Assembly: GCA_040255525.1 (NCBI GenBank)
Contig: JBDZVD010000024.1
Coordinates: 1,722-65,721, forward strand
Direction: 5' to 3'
From: Micromonosporaceae bacterium
GTDB taxonomy: Bacteria > Actinomycetota > Actinomycetes > Mycobacteriales > Micromonosporaceae
Length of the DNA stretch: 64,000 bases
Shown piece after piece: positions 9,437 to 19,750 of the stretch. A program made the translations under genes and the position numbers. The notes under the pieces were generated by a model. The model did not search any database. It was not told the origin of the DNA and saw only the letters and a list, made by a program, of their open reading frames with translations. Positions within the stretch are counted from its first letter, which is position 1. Every line of letters begins with the position of its first letter.

Positions 9437-10429
9437 GTGACCGGCACGGATCTGGACTCCCCTCCCGCGCTGCGGCCAGCGACCCCACCTGCCCCCGTCC
9501 GTCACCGATCATCGCGCTTCGCCTGGCTGCCCGCAGCGGGCCGGCGGATCCGGCGCAGCACGGCGGCCGGCGGGCAGGCGCTGCATCGCTGGGCGCTCCG
9601 ACCCAGCGGGCGGTTCGTGCTTCCCGCCCTCGCGCTGGTCGCCCTGCTCGCGGTGGCAGGTGGTGCCGGCGGCTACCTGGTGCCGGCGACCGCCCCGGCG
9701 AAGCCGCTGGCGCAGCCGGACGTCGGCACTTCCGGCGCCGGAGATCCGCTGGCCAGCGCGCCGGCCGGGCTCGACCCCGACGCCACACCGCTGCCCGGCG
9801 CGACCGACATACCCACCGACGAGCCGATCGGCACGACCGCCACGGTGAGCAGGCCGCAGGACGTGCTGGCCGCCTGGGCGACGAAGCTGTCCCCCACGCT
9901 CGGGATCCCGGTCGTGGCCCTTCAGGCTTACGGGTACGCCCAGCTCTGGTCCCAGCAGACCCAGCCGTCATGCCACCTGGCCTGGACCACCCTGGCCGGC
10001 ATCGGCAAGATCGAGTCCAACCACGGCCGGACGAACGGCGCCGTACTGCAGCAGGACGGCCGGGCGATGCCGCCGATCATCGGCCTCACTCTCGACGGCA
10101 CCGGCGATCGCGCGAGGGTGCCCGACACCGACCACGGCAGGTACGACGGCGACACGGTCTACGATCACGCGATCGGACCGATGCAGTTCCTGCCGAGCAC
10201 CTGGGGCAAGTACCAGGTGGACGCGGATCAGGACGGATCGGCCGACCCCAACGACATCAACGACGCGGCCCTGGCCGCCGCCAACTATCTGTGCGCCGGA
10301 GGCCGTAACCTCTCGGAGCCCGCGGTCTGGCGGTCGGCGATTCTGTCCTACAACGACCTGGACTCCTACGCGAACGACGTCTTCACCGCCGCGGACGACT
10401 ACGGCAAGCAGAGCCGGACGGTGAGCTAA
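9437..10429 (+). CDS. lytic murein transglycosylase (SLT_2/MltB-like), membrane anchored
   Basis: C-terminal domain has LAGIGKIESNHGR, GPMQFLPSTWGKY and DINDAALAAANYLC. A TM segment (FVLPALALVALLAVAGGAG) is present. The start was moved to the GTG at 9437 because the track start at 9281 overlaps the opposite-strand FmdB gene. Confidence 0.75.
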   Translation: MTGTDLDSPPALRPATPPAPVRHRSSRFAWLPAAGRRIRRSTAAGGQALHRWALRPSGRFVLPALALVALLAVAGGAGGYLVPATAPAKPLAQPDVGTSGAGDPLASAPAGLDPDATPLPGATDIPTDEPIGTTATVSRPQDVLAAWATKLSPTLGIPVVALQAYGYAQLWSQQTQPSCHLAWTTLAGIGKIESNHGRTNGAVLQQDGRAMPPIIGLTLDGTGDRARVPDTDHGRYDGDTVYDHAIGPMQFLPSTWGKYQVDADQDGSADPNDINDAALAAANYLCAGGRNLSEPAVWRSAILSYNDLDSYANDVFTAADDYGKQSRTVS

Positions 10430-10508
10430 CCGGACAACTTTCTGGCAGCCGGAAGAATCGCCGGAACAACTACTTTCGCCGGCCTGCGATTCTCGGCAAG
10501 CTAGAGCG

Positions 10509-11540
10509 GTGATGGTACGCGAGTGGGATCCCCGAACCGCGCCGTCTGTCGAGATCGAAGCCGTTTTGGCGACGCTCAACGCAGCGCAGTCTGTCGATCT
10601 TCCAGACGATCCGCAGTGGCGCCTTGACGCGTTCCGCGAATACCTTTCCGTCACGATGCCCGGTGAGCGCCGGGTGTGCTGGTTGGCCGAGTCGAGCCCG
10701 GGCGCCGCGGCGCGCGGCGAACCGGTGCTGGGCGAGGCCAACATCCTGCTGCTCGGCGACATCGGCGTGATCGAGGTGTGCGTACACCCGAAGGCGCGCC
10801 GAGGTGGGCTGGGTCGCGAGTTGCTGGGCGCCGCGATCCGCCGGGCGTACAGCGAAGGTTTCACCTCGATCGGCGTCGAGGTCATCGGCGGCACCCCCGC
10901 GATCGACTTCTACGAGCACCACGGGTTCCGATGCGCGTATGTGGAAATCCGTAACGTTCTCAAATTGTCCAGTGTGGACTGGCTGCGGTTGGGCGAGATG
11001 GCCGCCGGGGTCAGTTCTGGGTACCACATCGAGTATTACCCCGGCGGCCCGCCGGAGGAGCTCTACGAGGCGTACGCGGAGGCGAAGGAGCTGGTCCGCG
11101 AGTCCTACGACCTGGGCGACCTGGAGCTGCGGCCCAGCTCCTACAACCCGGACCGGCTTCGCGCGAGCCTGACCACCCTGCACGCTCGCGGGCTCAAGCC
11201 CTACATCGTGCTCGGCATCCACGAGAAGACCGGCAAGGTCGCCGGCCTGACCGAGGTCGTCGTGCCGGCCCAGCGCCCGACCCGGGCCGACCAGTACGAC
11301 ACGATCGTCGTGCCGGCCCACCGGGGGTACGGGCTGGGGCGGGCGATCAAGGCTCGGATGCTGTTCGAGCTACGCTCGGCCGAGCCCCGGCTCACCGAGG
11401 TGCAGACGTGGAACGCCTTCGAGAACGAGCCGATGCTCAAGGTCAACGCCGAGCTGGGCTTCCAGCCCGACCGGCAGTGGCGCGAGTACGAGGCTGACGT
11501 GCCCGATCTCGTCCGCCTGCTCAACCTCGCCACCCCGTAG
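10509..11540 (+). CDS. GNAT family N-acetyltransferase (two GNAT domains)
   Basis: Two acetyl-CoA binding motifs: HPKARRGGLGRELLGAAI and AHRGYGLGRAIKARML. Confidence 0.75.
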   Translation: MMVREWDPRTAPSVEIEAVLATLNAAQSVDLPDDPQWRLDAFREYLSVTMPGERRVCWLAESSPGAAARGEPVLGEANILLLGDIGVIEVCVHPKARRGGLGRELLGAAIRRAYSEGFTSIGVEVIGGTPAIDFYEHHGFRCAYVEIRNVLKLSSVDWLRLGEMAAGVSSGYHIEYYPGGPPEELYEAYAEAKELVRESYDLGDLELRPSSYNPDRLRASLTTLHARGLKPYIVLGIHEKTGKVAGLTEVVVPAQRPTRADQYDTIVVPAHRGYGLGRAIKARMLFELRSAEPRLTEVQTWNAFENEPMLKVNAELGFQPDRQWREYEADVPDLVRLLNLATP

Positions 11541-11620
11541 GATGCTGCCGCGTCGCTCAATACGGCGCGCGGGTATCCGGCGGCGGGGCTCGCCCCGGCG
11601 CTGAGCGACACGGACCTCCC

Positions 11621-11644
11621 ACTGGCTGCGCCTGCGCAGCCAGT
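11621..11644. terminator. GC-rich 11-bp-arm palindrome between convergent genes (possible factor-independent terminator without a U-tail)
   Basis: ACTGGCTGCGC-CT-GCGCAGCCAGT lies between the GNAT stop (11540) and the hemB stop (11751). No T-run follows on either strand. Confidence 0.3.
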
Positions 11645-11750
11645 CCCGATAGCTGCGGCTGCGGTGGAACGTCTCGGGCGGGCGGGCGGGCGAGCCAGCC
11701 ATAGATGTCTGCCCACCACTCCCCGGGAAGCGGATCGAGAATCGTGACGG

Positions 11751-12734
11751 TCAGTAGGCGGCGCGCAGCAGGCGGGCCGCCTCGACGGCCCAGTACGTGA
11801 GGATTGACTGGGCGCCGGCCCGACGGATCGAGGTCAGCGTCTCCAGGATCGTGCGCTCCCGGTCCAGCCAGCCGTTCGCCACGGCGGCCTCGACCATCGC
11901 GTACTCACCGGAAATCTGGTACGCCGCGACCGGTACGTCCACCGAGGACGCGACGGCGGCGAGCACGTCCAGGTACGGCAGGGCGGGCTTGACCATCACC
12001 AGGTCCGCGCCCTCGGCGACATCGAGCGCCACTTCGCGCAGCGCCTCCCGGACGTTGCCCGGATCCTGCTGGTAGGTCCGCCGGTCACCGACGAGCGCCG
12101 ACTCGACCGCCTCACGGAACGGCCCGTACAGCGCGGACGCGTACTTGACCGCGTAGGCCAGGATCGCCACGTCCGCGTACCCGGCTTCGTCCAGCGCCCG
12201 CCGCACGAACCCGACCTGGCCGTCCATCATCCCGGAGGGGCCCACCACGTGGACTCCCGCGGCGGCCTGCACCACCGCCATCTCGGCGTACCTGGCGAGG
12301 GTCGCGTCGTTGTCCACCGAACCGTCGGGGGCGAGCACGCCGCAGTGGCCGTGCGAGGTGAACTCGTCGAGGCACAGGTCGCTCATCACGACCGTGGAGT
12401 CACCGACCTCGGCAATGACGTCCCGGATGGCGACGTTGAGGATGCCCTCCGGATCGGCGCCGCAGGAGCCGGTCTCGTCGCGGTACTCCGGCACGCCGAA
12501 CAGCATCAGCCCACCGATCCCGGCCGCGACCGCCTCCGCGGCGGCCTTGCGCAGCGACTCCCGCGAGTGCTGCACGACCCCGGGCAGCGACGAGATCGGC
12601 CGCGGCTCGGTCAACCCCTCCCGCACGAACATCGGCAGGATCAGCTGGCGCGGCGCGAGTTCGGTCTCGCTCACCAACCGGCGCATCGCCGGGGTGCGGC
12701 GCAGCCGGCGTGGGCGGCTGTCCGGATAGGTCAT
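11751..12734 (-). CDS. hemB: porphobilinogen synthase (delta-aminolevulinic acid dehydratase)
   Basis: [58 protein letters not shown]. Confidence 0.95.
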   Translation of the reverse strand: MTYPDSRPRRLRRTPAMRRLVSETELAPRQLILPMFVREGLTEPRPISSLPGVVQHSRESLRKAAAEAVAAGIGGLMLFGVPEYRDETGSCGADPEGILNVAIRDVIAEVGDSTVVMSDLCLDEFTSHGHCGVLAPDGSVDNDATLARYAEMAVVQAAAGVHVVGPSGMMDGQVGFVRRALDEAGYADVAILAYAVKYASALYGPFREAVESALVGDRRTYQQDPGNVREALREVALDVAEGADLVMVKPALPYLDVLAAVASSVDVPVAAYQISGEYAMVEAAVANGWLDRERTILETLTSIRRAGAQSILTYWAVEAARLLRAAY

Positions 12735-12828
12735 CGTGCTCTCCTGAGCGTGCGGTGCCGGATCGGGAACGCCGGATCGATCGGGACCCGGCCGATCGGC
12801 AGGGCCGACGGTCAGCGGTACCGGTGGA

Positions 12829-14409
12829 TCACCGGAACCGCAGCGCCGTCGGGCCCTGCACCTTCGAGCCGCGCCGTTGCTTGGCCGGCATGGCGGCCAG
12901 CTTCTCGCGCAGCTCGACCGCGTACGTGGCGAGTTCCTCGACCAGGTCGGGGACCGCGGCGTGCGGCGGCTGGACGTCCACCCGCAGACCGAACTCGACC
13001 GCCGTCTCCGCGGTCTTCGGTCCGATCACCGCGACCACCGTGCGGGTGTGCGGCTTGCCGGCGATGCCGACCAGGTTGCGCACCGTCGAGGACGAGGTGA
13101 ACAGCACCGCGTCGAACCCACCGGACTTGATCGCGTCGCGGATGTCGGCCGGCGGCGGAGCGGCCCGGACGGTCCGGTACGCGGTCACGTCGTCGACCTC
13201 CCAGCCGCGCTCGGTCAGACCGGCGGCCAGGGTCTCGGTGGCGATGTCGGCGCGCGGGAGCAGCACCCGGCCGACCGGGTCGAGGATCTCGTCGTGCGGC
13301 GAGAACTCGGCGAGCAGGCCCTCGCTGGACTGTTCCCCGGCCGGAACCAGCTCGGGCTGGATGCCGAAGGCGCGCACGGCGCTGGCGGTCGCCTCACCGA
13401 TACAGGCGATCTTCACCCCGCCGAAGTGCCGGGCGTCCAAGCCGTGCTCGGCGAACTTCTCCCAGACCGCGCGGACCGCGTTGACCGAGGTGAAGATCAC
13501 CCACGCGTACCGGCCGTCTACCAGTCCCTTGATCGCGCGCTCCATCTGCGCCGGGGTGCGGGGCGGCTCCACCGCGATCGTCGGCACCTCGCACGGGATC
13601 GCGCCGTAGGCGCGCAGCCGCTCACTCATCACGCCGGCCTGCTCCTTGGTGCGGGGCACCAGAACCTTCCACCCGTACAGCGGGCGGTTCTCCCACCAGC
13701 CCAGCTTGTCGCGCTGCACCGTCCCGGCGCCGACGGACAGCACCACCCGGCCGCTGAAGCCGAGCGCGGCGGCCACCATACTGTCCACGGTGGACGTCGA
13801 CGTGTACTGCGTCTCTCCGGTCCCGTCGCCGGTGACCGCGACCGGCGTCTGCGGGTCGAGCCCGGCCGCGAGCAGCCCGTCGCGGACCGTCCCCAGCTCC
13901 CCGGCCTCGACCGCGACGGCGACCGCGCCCCGGCCGGCGGCCGCGGCCAGCGCGTCGAAATCGACCGTGCTGATGTCGTCGATGTCCGCGGAAGTACGCA
14001 CGCCGGTGAGCGGGATCCCGGCGTAGGTGGCCACACCGGCCGCCTGCCCGACGCCCGGTACCACCTCGAACGGCACCGCCGTGCGGGCGACCGCCTGGAC
14101 CTCCCGGACCACCGACTCGTGCCCGAACGGGTCGCCGGCCACGAGGTGTACCGCGTGCAATCCGGACCTGGCCGCCGACAGCAGCACCTTGGCGACGTCA
14201 CCGGAGGCGCCCTCGGCCGGCGAGAACTGCGTGTCGGGTGACGCCAGCTCACGGATCGCCCCGAGCATGACGTCGGACACGCCCCGGTCGAAGACCACCT
14301 GGTCGGCGGAGGTGAGCGCGTCATGGGCGCGGTGGGTGAGCAGGCCGGGATCGCCAGGGCCGGCCCCCACAAAGCTGATGTGCCCGGTGGACTTTCGGGT
14401 CCGCGTCAT
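12829..14409 (-). CDS. hemD: bifunctional uroporphyrinogen-III C-methyltransferase / uroporphyrinogen-III synthase
   Basis: N-terminal SUMT motif ([19 protein letters not shown]) fused to a C-terminal HemD domain. Overlaps hemC by 4 nt. From memory, this fusion is common in actinobacteria (Rv0511-like). Confidence 0.9.
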   Translation of the reverse strand: MTRTRKSTGHISFVGAGPGDPGLLTHRAHDALTSADQVVFDRGVSDVMLGAIRELASPDTQFSPAEGASGDVAKVLLSAARSGLHAVHLVAGDPFGHESVVREVQAVARTAVPFEVVPGVGQAAGVATYAGIPLTGVRTSADIDDISTVDFDALAAAAGRGAVAVAVEAGELGTVRDGLLAAGLDPQTPVAVTGDGTGETQYTSTSTVDSMVAAALGFSGRVVLSVGAGTVQRDKLGWWENRPLYGWKVLVPRTKEQAGVMSERLRAYGAIPCEVPTIAVEPPRTPAQMERAIKGLVDGRYAWVIFTSVNAVRAVWEKFAEHGLDARHFGGVKIACIGEATASAVRAFGIQPELVPAGEQSSEGLLAEFSPHDEILDPVGRVLLPRADIATETLAAGLTERGWEVDDVTAYRTVRAAPPPADIRDAIKSGGFDAVLFTSSSTVRNLVGIAGKPHTRTVVAVIGPKTAETAVEFGLRVDVQPPHAAVPDLVEELATYAVELREKLAAMPAKQRRGSKVQGPTALRFR

Positions 14410-15356
14410 TGCTGTACTCCCAGTACTTCGTTGGCCCCCGCGTCGAGCAGGTCCTCCGCCAGCAGGCGGCCGACCACCGACGCGTCGGCGAGCGTTCCGG
14501 TGCGGGAAAGCCGGAAGGCGACGCGCCCGTCCGGACTCAGTACCGCACCGCGCAGATAGATCTCCCCGTCGTTGTCGGCGACCGGCCGGTGAGCCGGGCC
14601 CGCCGGGCCACGCTCGATGGTCTCGGCGAGACCGGCGACGGGTGCGCTGCAGCCCGCTTCGAGCCTGGCGAGCAGCGCGCGCTCGGCGTCGACAGCGGCC
14701 CGGGTGGGGGCGTGATCGAGCGCGCGGAGCGTGTCGAACAAATCATGATCGTCGATCCGGCACTCGACGGCCAGCACGCCCTGGGCGGGCGCCGGCAGCA
14801 TCTGCCCCGGATCGAGGATCTCCGTCACTTCGTCGGCCCGCCCGAGCCGGGACAGTCCGGCGTGGGCCAGGACCACGGCATCGAGTTCGCCGGAGGTGAC
14901 CCGGCGCAGCCGGGTGTCCACGTTGCCGCGGATCGGAACGATCTCGATGGGCAGCCCGAGCGCGTGCAGCTGGGCGATGCGGCGCACCGCGCCGGTGCCG
15001 ACCCGGGCGCCGGGCGGCAGCTCGGCGAGGGTCAACCCGTCCCGGGCGATCAACGCGTCGCGCGGATCCTCCCGCTGCGGGGTCGCCGCGATCACCAGTC
15101 CGTCGGCCGGTGCCGTCGGCAGGTCCTTGTACGAGTGCACGGCAAGGTCGATCTCCTTGGCGCCGAGCGCGTCGCGCAGCGCGGAGACGAAGACTCCGAC
15201 GCCCAGCTGGGCCACCGGCGCGGTGGACCGGTCGCCCGCGGTGCTGACCTGAACCAGCTCCACGTCCTCGCCGGACGCCCTGGACAGCGCGTCCGCAACC
15301 ATGCGGGACTGGGCCATGGCGAGCGCGCTTGCCCTCGTCCCCAGCCGGATGCTCAC
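14406..15356 (-). CDS. hemC: hydroxymethylbilane synthase (porphobilinogen deaminase)
   Basis: IRLGTRASALAMAQS, HSYKDLP, IRGNVDTRL, GCSAPVA. Confidence 0.95.
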   Translation of the reverse strand: MSIRLGTRASALAMAQSRMVADALSRASGEDVELVQVSTAGDRSTAPVAQLGVGVFVSALRDALGAKEIDLAVHSYKDLPTAPADGLVIAATPQREDPRDALIARDGLTLAELPPGARVGTGAVRRIAQLHALGLPIEIVPIRGNVDTRLRRVTSGELDAVVLAHAGLSRLGRADEVTEILDPGQMLPAPAQGVLAVECRIDDHDLFDTLRALDHAPTRAAVDAERALLARLEAGCSAPVAGLAETIERGPAGPAHRPVADNDGEIYLRGAVLSPDGRVAFRLSRTGTLADASVVGRLLAEDLLDAGANEVLGVQQ

Positions 15357-16654
15357 GAGTCGACCTCCGGAACCCCGTTGACCGCGCCGGGTGAGGGCAC
15401 GTCCAAGTCGAACAGCTCACGCAGCAGGGCGGCGTACCGGTCCCCACCGGGGCCGGCCGCCAGCTCCCGCACCCGCACCGTCGGCTGGTGGAGCAGGCGC
15501 TGCACGACCCGGTGGATCGTACGCGCCACATCGGCCCGCTGCTCGTCACTCAGCTCCGGACGGCGTTGCGAAAGCCGGCGCAACTCCGCGGCGACCACGT
15601 CCTCCGCCCGGGAACGCAGGGCGGCCACCGTGGGTGCCACGTCGGAGCTGCGCAGCCATGCCAGGAACGCCTCGACCTCGGCGGCGACGATCCCCTCGAC
15701 CGCTGCCTTGTCCGCGGCCAGGCCACCGTCGGTCGACAGGGACGCGCCCAGCCGCTCGATGTCGATCAGCTCGACCCCGGGCAGCGCGGCGACCCGCGGG
15801 TCGACGTCCCGGGGCACGGCGAGGTCCACGATGGTCACCGGGCCGGTCACATCGGCCGGCGTGATCACGTGGCCGGACGACGCGGTCGCCGAAACCACGA
15901 TGTCCACCGCGGACAGGTCGAGCCCGGGTACGGCGGTGGCGTCGTACAGCTCGGCGAGCCGGGCGGCGCGCTCGGCTCCCCGGCTCGTCACGTAGAGCGG
16001 GCCGGCGCCGGCCCGGCGCAGGGTGGCCATGGCCAGCGAGCCCATCGCCCCGGCGCCCACCACGAGCGCCGAGCGTCCGGCGAGCGTGACCGGCCCGGCC
16101 GCGGGCGCGGGACCGGCGCCCGACGGGGCGGCGGCGGCCAGGTTGAGGGCGGCCGAGACGACGCTCTGGCCGGCCCGGTCGATCCCGGTCTCGGCGTGCG
16201 CCCGCTTGCCGACCCGCAGCGCCTGCTGCATCAGCTCGTGCAGCAGGCGGCCGGTCGCGTCGTGCTCGGCCGCGATCGCGTACGCGTCGCGCAGCTGCCC
16301 GAGGATCTGCGCCTCACCGATCACCATCGAGTCCAGCCCGGTGGCCACCCGGTACGCGTGCCGCACCGCCTCCGCGTCATAGTGCACGTACGCGTGCGGC
16401 GCGAGGTCCGCCGGAGCCGCCCCGGCGCGGGCCGCCAGTACCGCGACGATGTCGGTCAGGCCGCCGTGGAATGCGGACACCCCGGCGTAGACCTCGACCC
16501 GGTTGCAGGTGGACAACACGAGCGCCTCGCCGATGTAGGACTGGGCGAGGAGCTGGGCCAGCAGCGGGGGTGCCCCGGCCGGAGACGCGACAAGCCGCTC
16601 CAGTACGGGTACCGGCGCCGTACGGTACGACACACCGACGACGATGAGATTCAT
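15353..16654 (-). CDS. hemA: glutamyl-tRNA reductase
   Basis: MNLIVVGVSYRTAPVPVLE, LSTCNRVEVY, GAGAMG Rossmann motif. The ATG at 16654 overlaps the rex stop (ATGA). The track ORF running to 16780 is an N-terminal over-extension. Confidence 0.9.
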   Translation of the reverse strand: MNLIVVGVSYRTAPVPVLERLVASPAGAPPLLAQLLAQSYIGEALVLSTCNRVEVYAGVSAFHGGLTDIVAVLAARAGAAPADLAPHAYVHYDAEAVRHAYRVATGLDSMVIGEAQILGQLRDAYAIAAEHDATGRLLHELMQQALRVGKRAHAETGIDRAGQSVVSAALNLAAAAPSGAGPAPAAGPVTLAGRSALVVGAGAMGSLAMATLRRAGAGPLYVTSRGAERAARLAELYDATAVPGLDLSAVDIVVSATASSGHVITPADVTGPVTIVDLAVPRDVDPRVAALPGVELIDIERLGASLSTDGGLAADKAAVEGIVAAEVEAFLAWLRSSDVAPTVAALRSRAEDVVAAELRRLSQRRPELSDEQRADVARTIHRVVQRLLHQPTVRVRELAAGPGGDRYAALLRELFDLDVPSPGAVNGVPEVDS

Positions 16655-17493
16655 CAGCTGATCGCCTCCGGCAGCGCCGTCAGGGTCGCCTTCCGGTGCT
16701 CGTGGAAGGACAGGATCTGCAGCTCGATCGCGAGGTCGACCTTGCGTACGTCCACATTCTCCGGCACCGACAGGACGCACGGCGCGAAGTTCAGGATGCT
16801 GGTCACTCCACAGTTCACCAGCGTGTCCGCGACTGTCTGCGCGGCGTGAGCGGGCGTGGCGATCACCGCGATCGCGATGTGCTCGGTCGCGACCACCTCG
16901 GCGAGATCGTCGATGTGGCGCACCGCCAGGCCGGCGATCCGGTCGCCGACCCGGGCCGGATCCGCGTCGAAGAGTGCGGCGATGTGGAAGCCACGGGACC
17001 CGAAGCCGCCATAGCCCGCCAGGGCCTGGCCGAGGTTACCGACACCGACCAGGGCCACCGCCCGGTGCTGGTTGAGCCCGAGAACGTGTTCGATCTTGTC
17101 GATCAGTTGCCCGACGTCGTACCCGACCCCCCGGGTGCCGTTCGAGCGCAGGTACGACAGGTCTTTGCGCAGCTTCGCCGAATTCACGCCCGCCGCCGTG
17201 GCCAGCTCCTCGCTGGAGACCACGTCGCCACCGCCGTCGGCGAGGACGTGCAGTGCCCGCAGGTACTCCGGGAGCCGGGCGACGGTGGCCTCCGGCAGAT
17301 CCGGCAGTTCCGAGGCGGAGGCACCGCGATCGGACGGTCCATGGCCCGGCGACCCGTTGGCGCTCAGCCCGGCCGCCGAGCGTGCCGGCCGGGAATCACT
17401 CCCCGCTGGCCGCTCGCTGCGCTGCTGACTCAAGTGTTCCTCTCGATCCGGGCCGCTTGAGGGGCGCGCCGCTGCCGCGACACTGCCGGCCAC
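16654..17493 (-). CDS. rex: redox-sensing transcriptional repressor Rex
   Basis: PEATVARLPEYLRAL, SSEELATAAGVNSAKLRKDLSYL...GTRGVGYDV, GVGNLGQALAGY, ILNFAP, VDLAIELQILSFH. The N-terminal ~55 codons have weaker GC3, so the true start may lie downstream of 17493. Confidence 0.85.
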   Translation of the reverse strand: MAGSVAAAARPSSGPDREEHLSQQRSERPAGSDSRPARSAAGLSANGSPGHGPSDRGASASELPDLPEATVARLPEYLRALHVLADGGGDVVSSEELATAAGVNSAKLRKDLSYLRSNGTRGVGYDVGQLIDKIEHVLGLNQHRAVALVGVGNLGQALAGYGGFGSRGFHIAALFDADPARVGDRIAGLAVRHIDDLAEVVATEHIAIAVIATPAHAAQTVADTLVNCGVTSILNFAPCVLSVPENVDVRKVDLAIELQILSFHEHRKATLTALPEAIS

Positions 17494-17587
17494 CCGTCAT
17501 CCGCATAGATGCCTGCCCGGGGAACCCCACCGCGCCGACCGCGGCCGGCTGTGCTAGGAAGCTCACCGCGTTTAACAGAGTAGGCGC

Positions 17588-17605
17588 TCGTGAACACGTG
17601 CACAA
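17588..17605. promoter_or_regulatory. candidate Rex operator (ROP-like inverted repeat)
   Basis: TCGTGAACACGTGCACAA. The 16-nt core of this site (CGTGAACACGTGCACA) matches the Streptomyces ROP core TGTGAACGCGTTCACA at 13 of 16 positions. It lies ~95-155 nt upstream of rex. Confidence 0.5.
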
Positions 17606-17723
17606 ATCGCGATCTTGAAGGGTTGAGTCGCAGGTCACAGCGCTAACCGGTAGGGATAACCCCACTTCGGAAACGGCGGCACGCGGGATGGGACATTCCG
17701 TCTCCGGTGTCTAGGTTCAATGA

Positions 17724-19064
17724 ATGACCTACCGCGAGCGGCCGCTTGACCGCGACGCCTCCTCCCTCGGCGCCGCTGGCGAGCGCGGGACCTACGCCCG
17801 CGCCGGCAACCCGGTGACCCGCATGCTTCGCCAGCTCGGTGTCGACTCGGCCTACGCGATCGTCGGCTTCCCCATCGCTCTGGCCGGCTTCATCGTGACC
17901 CTGCCGCTGTTCGTCCTGGGGGTCGGCACGCTGATCATCGTGGTCGGCTTTCCGATCATGGTCGGCGCGCTCTACGCCGCCCGGGGGTTCGCCGACCTCG
18001 AACGGCTACGGCTGCCGTCGGTGACCCACCGGCCTGCCCCCCGCCCGGCGTACCGCAGCGCACCGGGCGGCTCCGGCTTCTGGCGGCGGGTGTTCGCTCC
18101 CCTGCGGGACGGTCAGTCCTGGCTGGACCTGATGCACGCGATCTTCGGCTGGATCCTCTACACGGTCAGTTTCGTGTTCACCGTCACGTGGTGGGCCGGC
18201 GCACTCGGCGGCGTCAGCGCGTTCATCTGGACCGGGTACATCCCGCACGACCAGACCGACCAGGATCTCAACGAGTTGCTGCACATCTCCGACTCACTGA
18301 CCGCGCGGATCGGCCTGAACACCGTGATCGGCGTGTTCTTCCTGGTCACCCTGCCTTTGGTGGTACGGGTGGCGGCGCTGATCCCGGCGCAGTTCGGCCG
18401 GGCGCTGCTGACCGGGATCGCCGAGGTACAGAACCGGATCAGCGGGCTGGAGCAGCAGCGGGACTCGGCGGTGTCCGCCGAGGCGACCGCGCTGCGGCGG
18501 CTGGAGCGTGACATCCACGACGGCCCCCAGCAGCGGTTGGTCCGGCTCGCCATGGATCTCGGCCGGGCCCGGCAGCAGATGACCACCAACCCGGACGCCG
18601 CCCGGGCCACCCTGGACGAGGCGCTCGGTCAGACCCGGGAGACCCTCGACGAACTGCGCGCCCTGTCGCGGGGCATCGCCCCACCGATCCTGTCCGACCG
18701 GGGCCTGCCCAGCGCCCTGGCCGCGCTCGCCTCGCGCAGCACGGTGCCAGTGGCCCTCACCGTCCCACCGCAACTCGGCCGGCTCGCCCCGGTCGTGGAG
18801 AACACCGCGTACTTCCTGGTCGCCGAGGCGCTGACCAACCTGGCCAAGCACAGCCAGGCGGAAAGCGGCACGGTGTACGTCGCCAAGGCGGAAGGGCGGC
18901 TGATCGTCACCGTATTCGACGACGGGGTCGGGGGCGCGCACATGTCCAAGGGCCACGGGCTGACCGGGCTGGGCGACCGGGTACGGGCGGCGGGTGGCAC
19001 GCTCAGCGTCGTCAGCCCGGCCGGCGGGCCGACCGAGATCCGAGCGGAGCTGCCATGCGAGTAG
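17724..19064 (+). CDS. sensor histidine kinase (HisKA_3 / NarL-type partner) with multi-TM sensor domain
   Basis: TM-rich N-terminus, H-box LERDIHDGPQQRLV, and HATPase motifs (EALTNLAKHS, DDGVGGA, GHGLTGLGDRV). Overlaps the response regulator gene by 10 nt. Confidence 0.85.
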   Translation: MTYRERPLDRDASSLGAAGERGTYARAGNPVTRMLRQLGVDSAYAIVGFPIALAGFIVTLPLFVLGVGTLIIVVGFPIMVGALYAARGFADLERLRLPSVTHRPAPRPAYRSAPGGSGFWRRVFAPLRDGQSWLDLMHAIFGWILYTVSFVFTVTWWAGALGGVSAFIWTGYIPHDQTDQDLNELLHISDSLTARIGLNTVIGVFFLVTLPLVVRVAALIPAQFGRALLTGIAEVQNRISGLEQQRDSAVSAEATALRRLERDIHDGPQQRLVRLAMDLGRARQQMTTNPDAARATLDEALGQTRETLDELRALSRGIAPPILSDRGLPSALAALASRSTVPVALTVPPQLGRLAPVVENTAYFLVAEALTNLAKHSQAESGTVYVAKAEGRLIVTVFDDGVGGAHMSKGHGLTGLGDRVRAAGGTLSVVSPAGGPTEIRAELPCE

Positions 19065-19696
19065 TCGTCGCGGACGACGCGGTACTGCTGCGGGAGGGCC
19101 TGATCCGCCTGCTGGAGGAGAACGGTCACCAGGTCGTCGCGGCCGTCGGGGACGGACCCCGTTTGGTGGACGCGATCGTGGAGCACCGGCCCGATGTCTC
19201 GATCGTCGACGTGCGGATGCCGCCGTCGCACACGGATGAAGGGCTGCGCGCCTCGGTGACCGCCCGCCGGCTGGTGCCACGGTCGCCGGTCCTGGTGCTG
19301 TCCCAGTACGTCGAGGTGTCCTACGCGGACGACCTGCTGGCGGACCGGGTCGGGGCGATCGGGTACCTCCTGAAAGATCGGGTGGCCGAGGTCGCCGACT
19401 TCCTGGACACGCTGGAGCGGGTGGCCGCGGGGGCCACCGTGCTCGACCCCGAGGTGGTGGCTCAGTTGGTGGTACGCCGCGGCCGGGCGCCGCTGGATTC
19501 GCTCACCCAACGGGAGCGTGAGGTGCTCGCGCTCATGGCCGAGGGCAAGTCGAACGCGGCCGTCGCCAAGACCCTGGTGGTGACCGACGGCGCGGTCGAA
19601 AAGCACGTGAAGAACATCTTCACCAAGCTCGACCTGCCTCCGGACGAGGAACAGCACCGGCGTGTCCTGGCGGTGCTCACGTATCTGCGCGGATAG
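19055..19696 (+). CDS. LuxR/NarL-family response regulator
   Basis: Receiver domain (RVVVADDAVLLREGL...DVSIVDVRMPP) plus a LuxR HTH (LTQREREVLALMAEGKSNAAVAKTLVVTDGAVEKHVKNIFTKL). Confidence 0.9.
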   Translation: MRVVVADDAVLLREGLIRLLEENGHQVVAAVGDGPRLVDAIVEHRPDVSIVDVRMPPSHTDEGLRASVTARRLVPRSPVLVLSQYVEVSYADDLLADRVGAIGYLLKDRVAEVADFLDTLERVAAGATVLDPEVVAQLVVRRGRAPLDSLTQREREVLALMAEGKSNAAVAKTLVVTDGAVEKHVKNIFTKLDLPPDEEQHRRVLAVLTYLRG

Positions 19697-19750
19697 GACG
19701 TCCGGGGGACCCCTCCGCGGGGGCGGACCGCCGGGCCTCGGGCTCCGGCG

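Noticed and set aside
11370-11702. 110-aa minus ORF starting 49 nt after the hemB stop (MAGSPARPPETFHRSRSYRDWLRRRSQW...).
   Set aside because: The first ~40 codons have decent GC3. However, the ORF then runs 170 nt antisense into the 3' end of the GNAT gene, contains the 11-bp-arm palindrome, and matches no family I recognise. It is probably a read-through artefact or at most a gene remnant.
15353-16780. Extended hemA start at 16780. Similar N-terminal over-extensions apply to gpmA (37290), mshA (39978), the FABP-like gene (54763), DUF1416 (56334), lmeA (58302) and the second YbjQ-like gene (44563).
   Set aside because: The extensions overlap upstream genes or have poor composition. Internal ATG or GTG codons coincide with conserved protein N-termini, RBS motifs or stop-start overlaps.
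14409-16849. Long plus-strand ORFs (14409..15995 and 15488..16849) across hemC and hemA.
   Set aside because: They are antisense to unambiguous hemC and hemA genes and share their third-codon positions, which explains the absence of stops. The composition is not protein-like.
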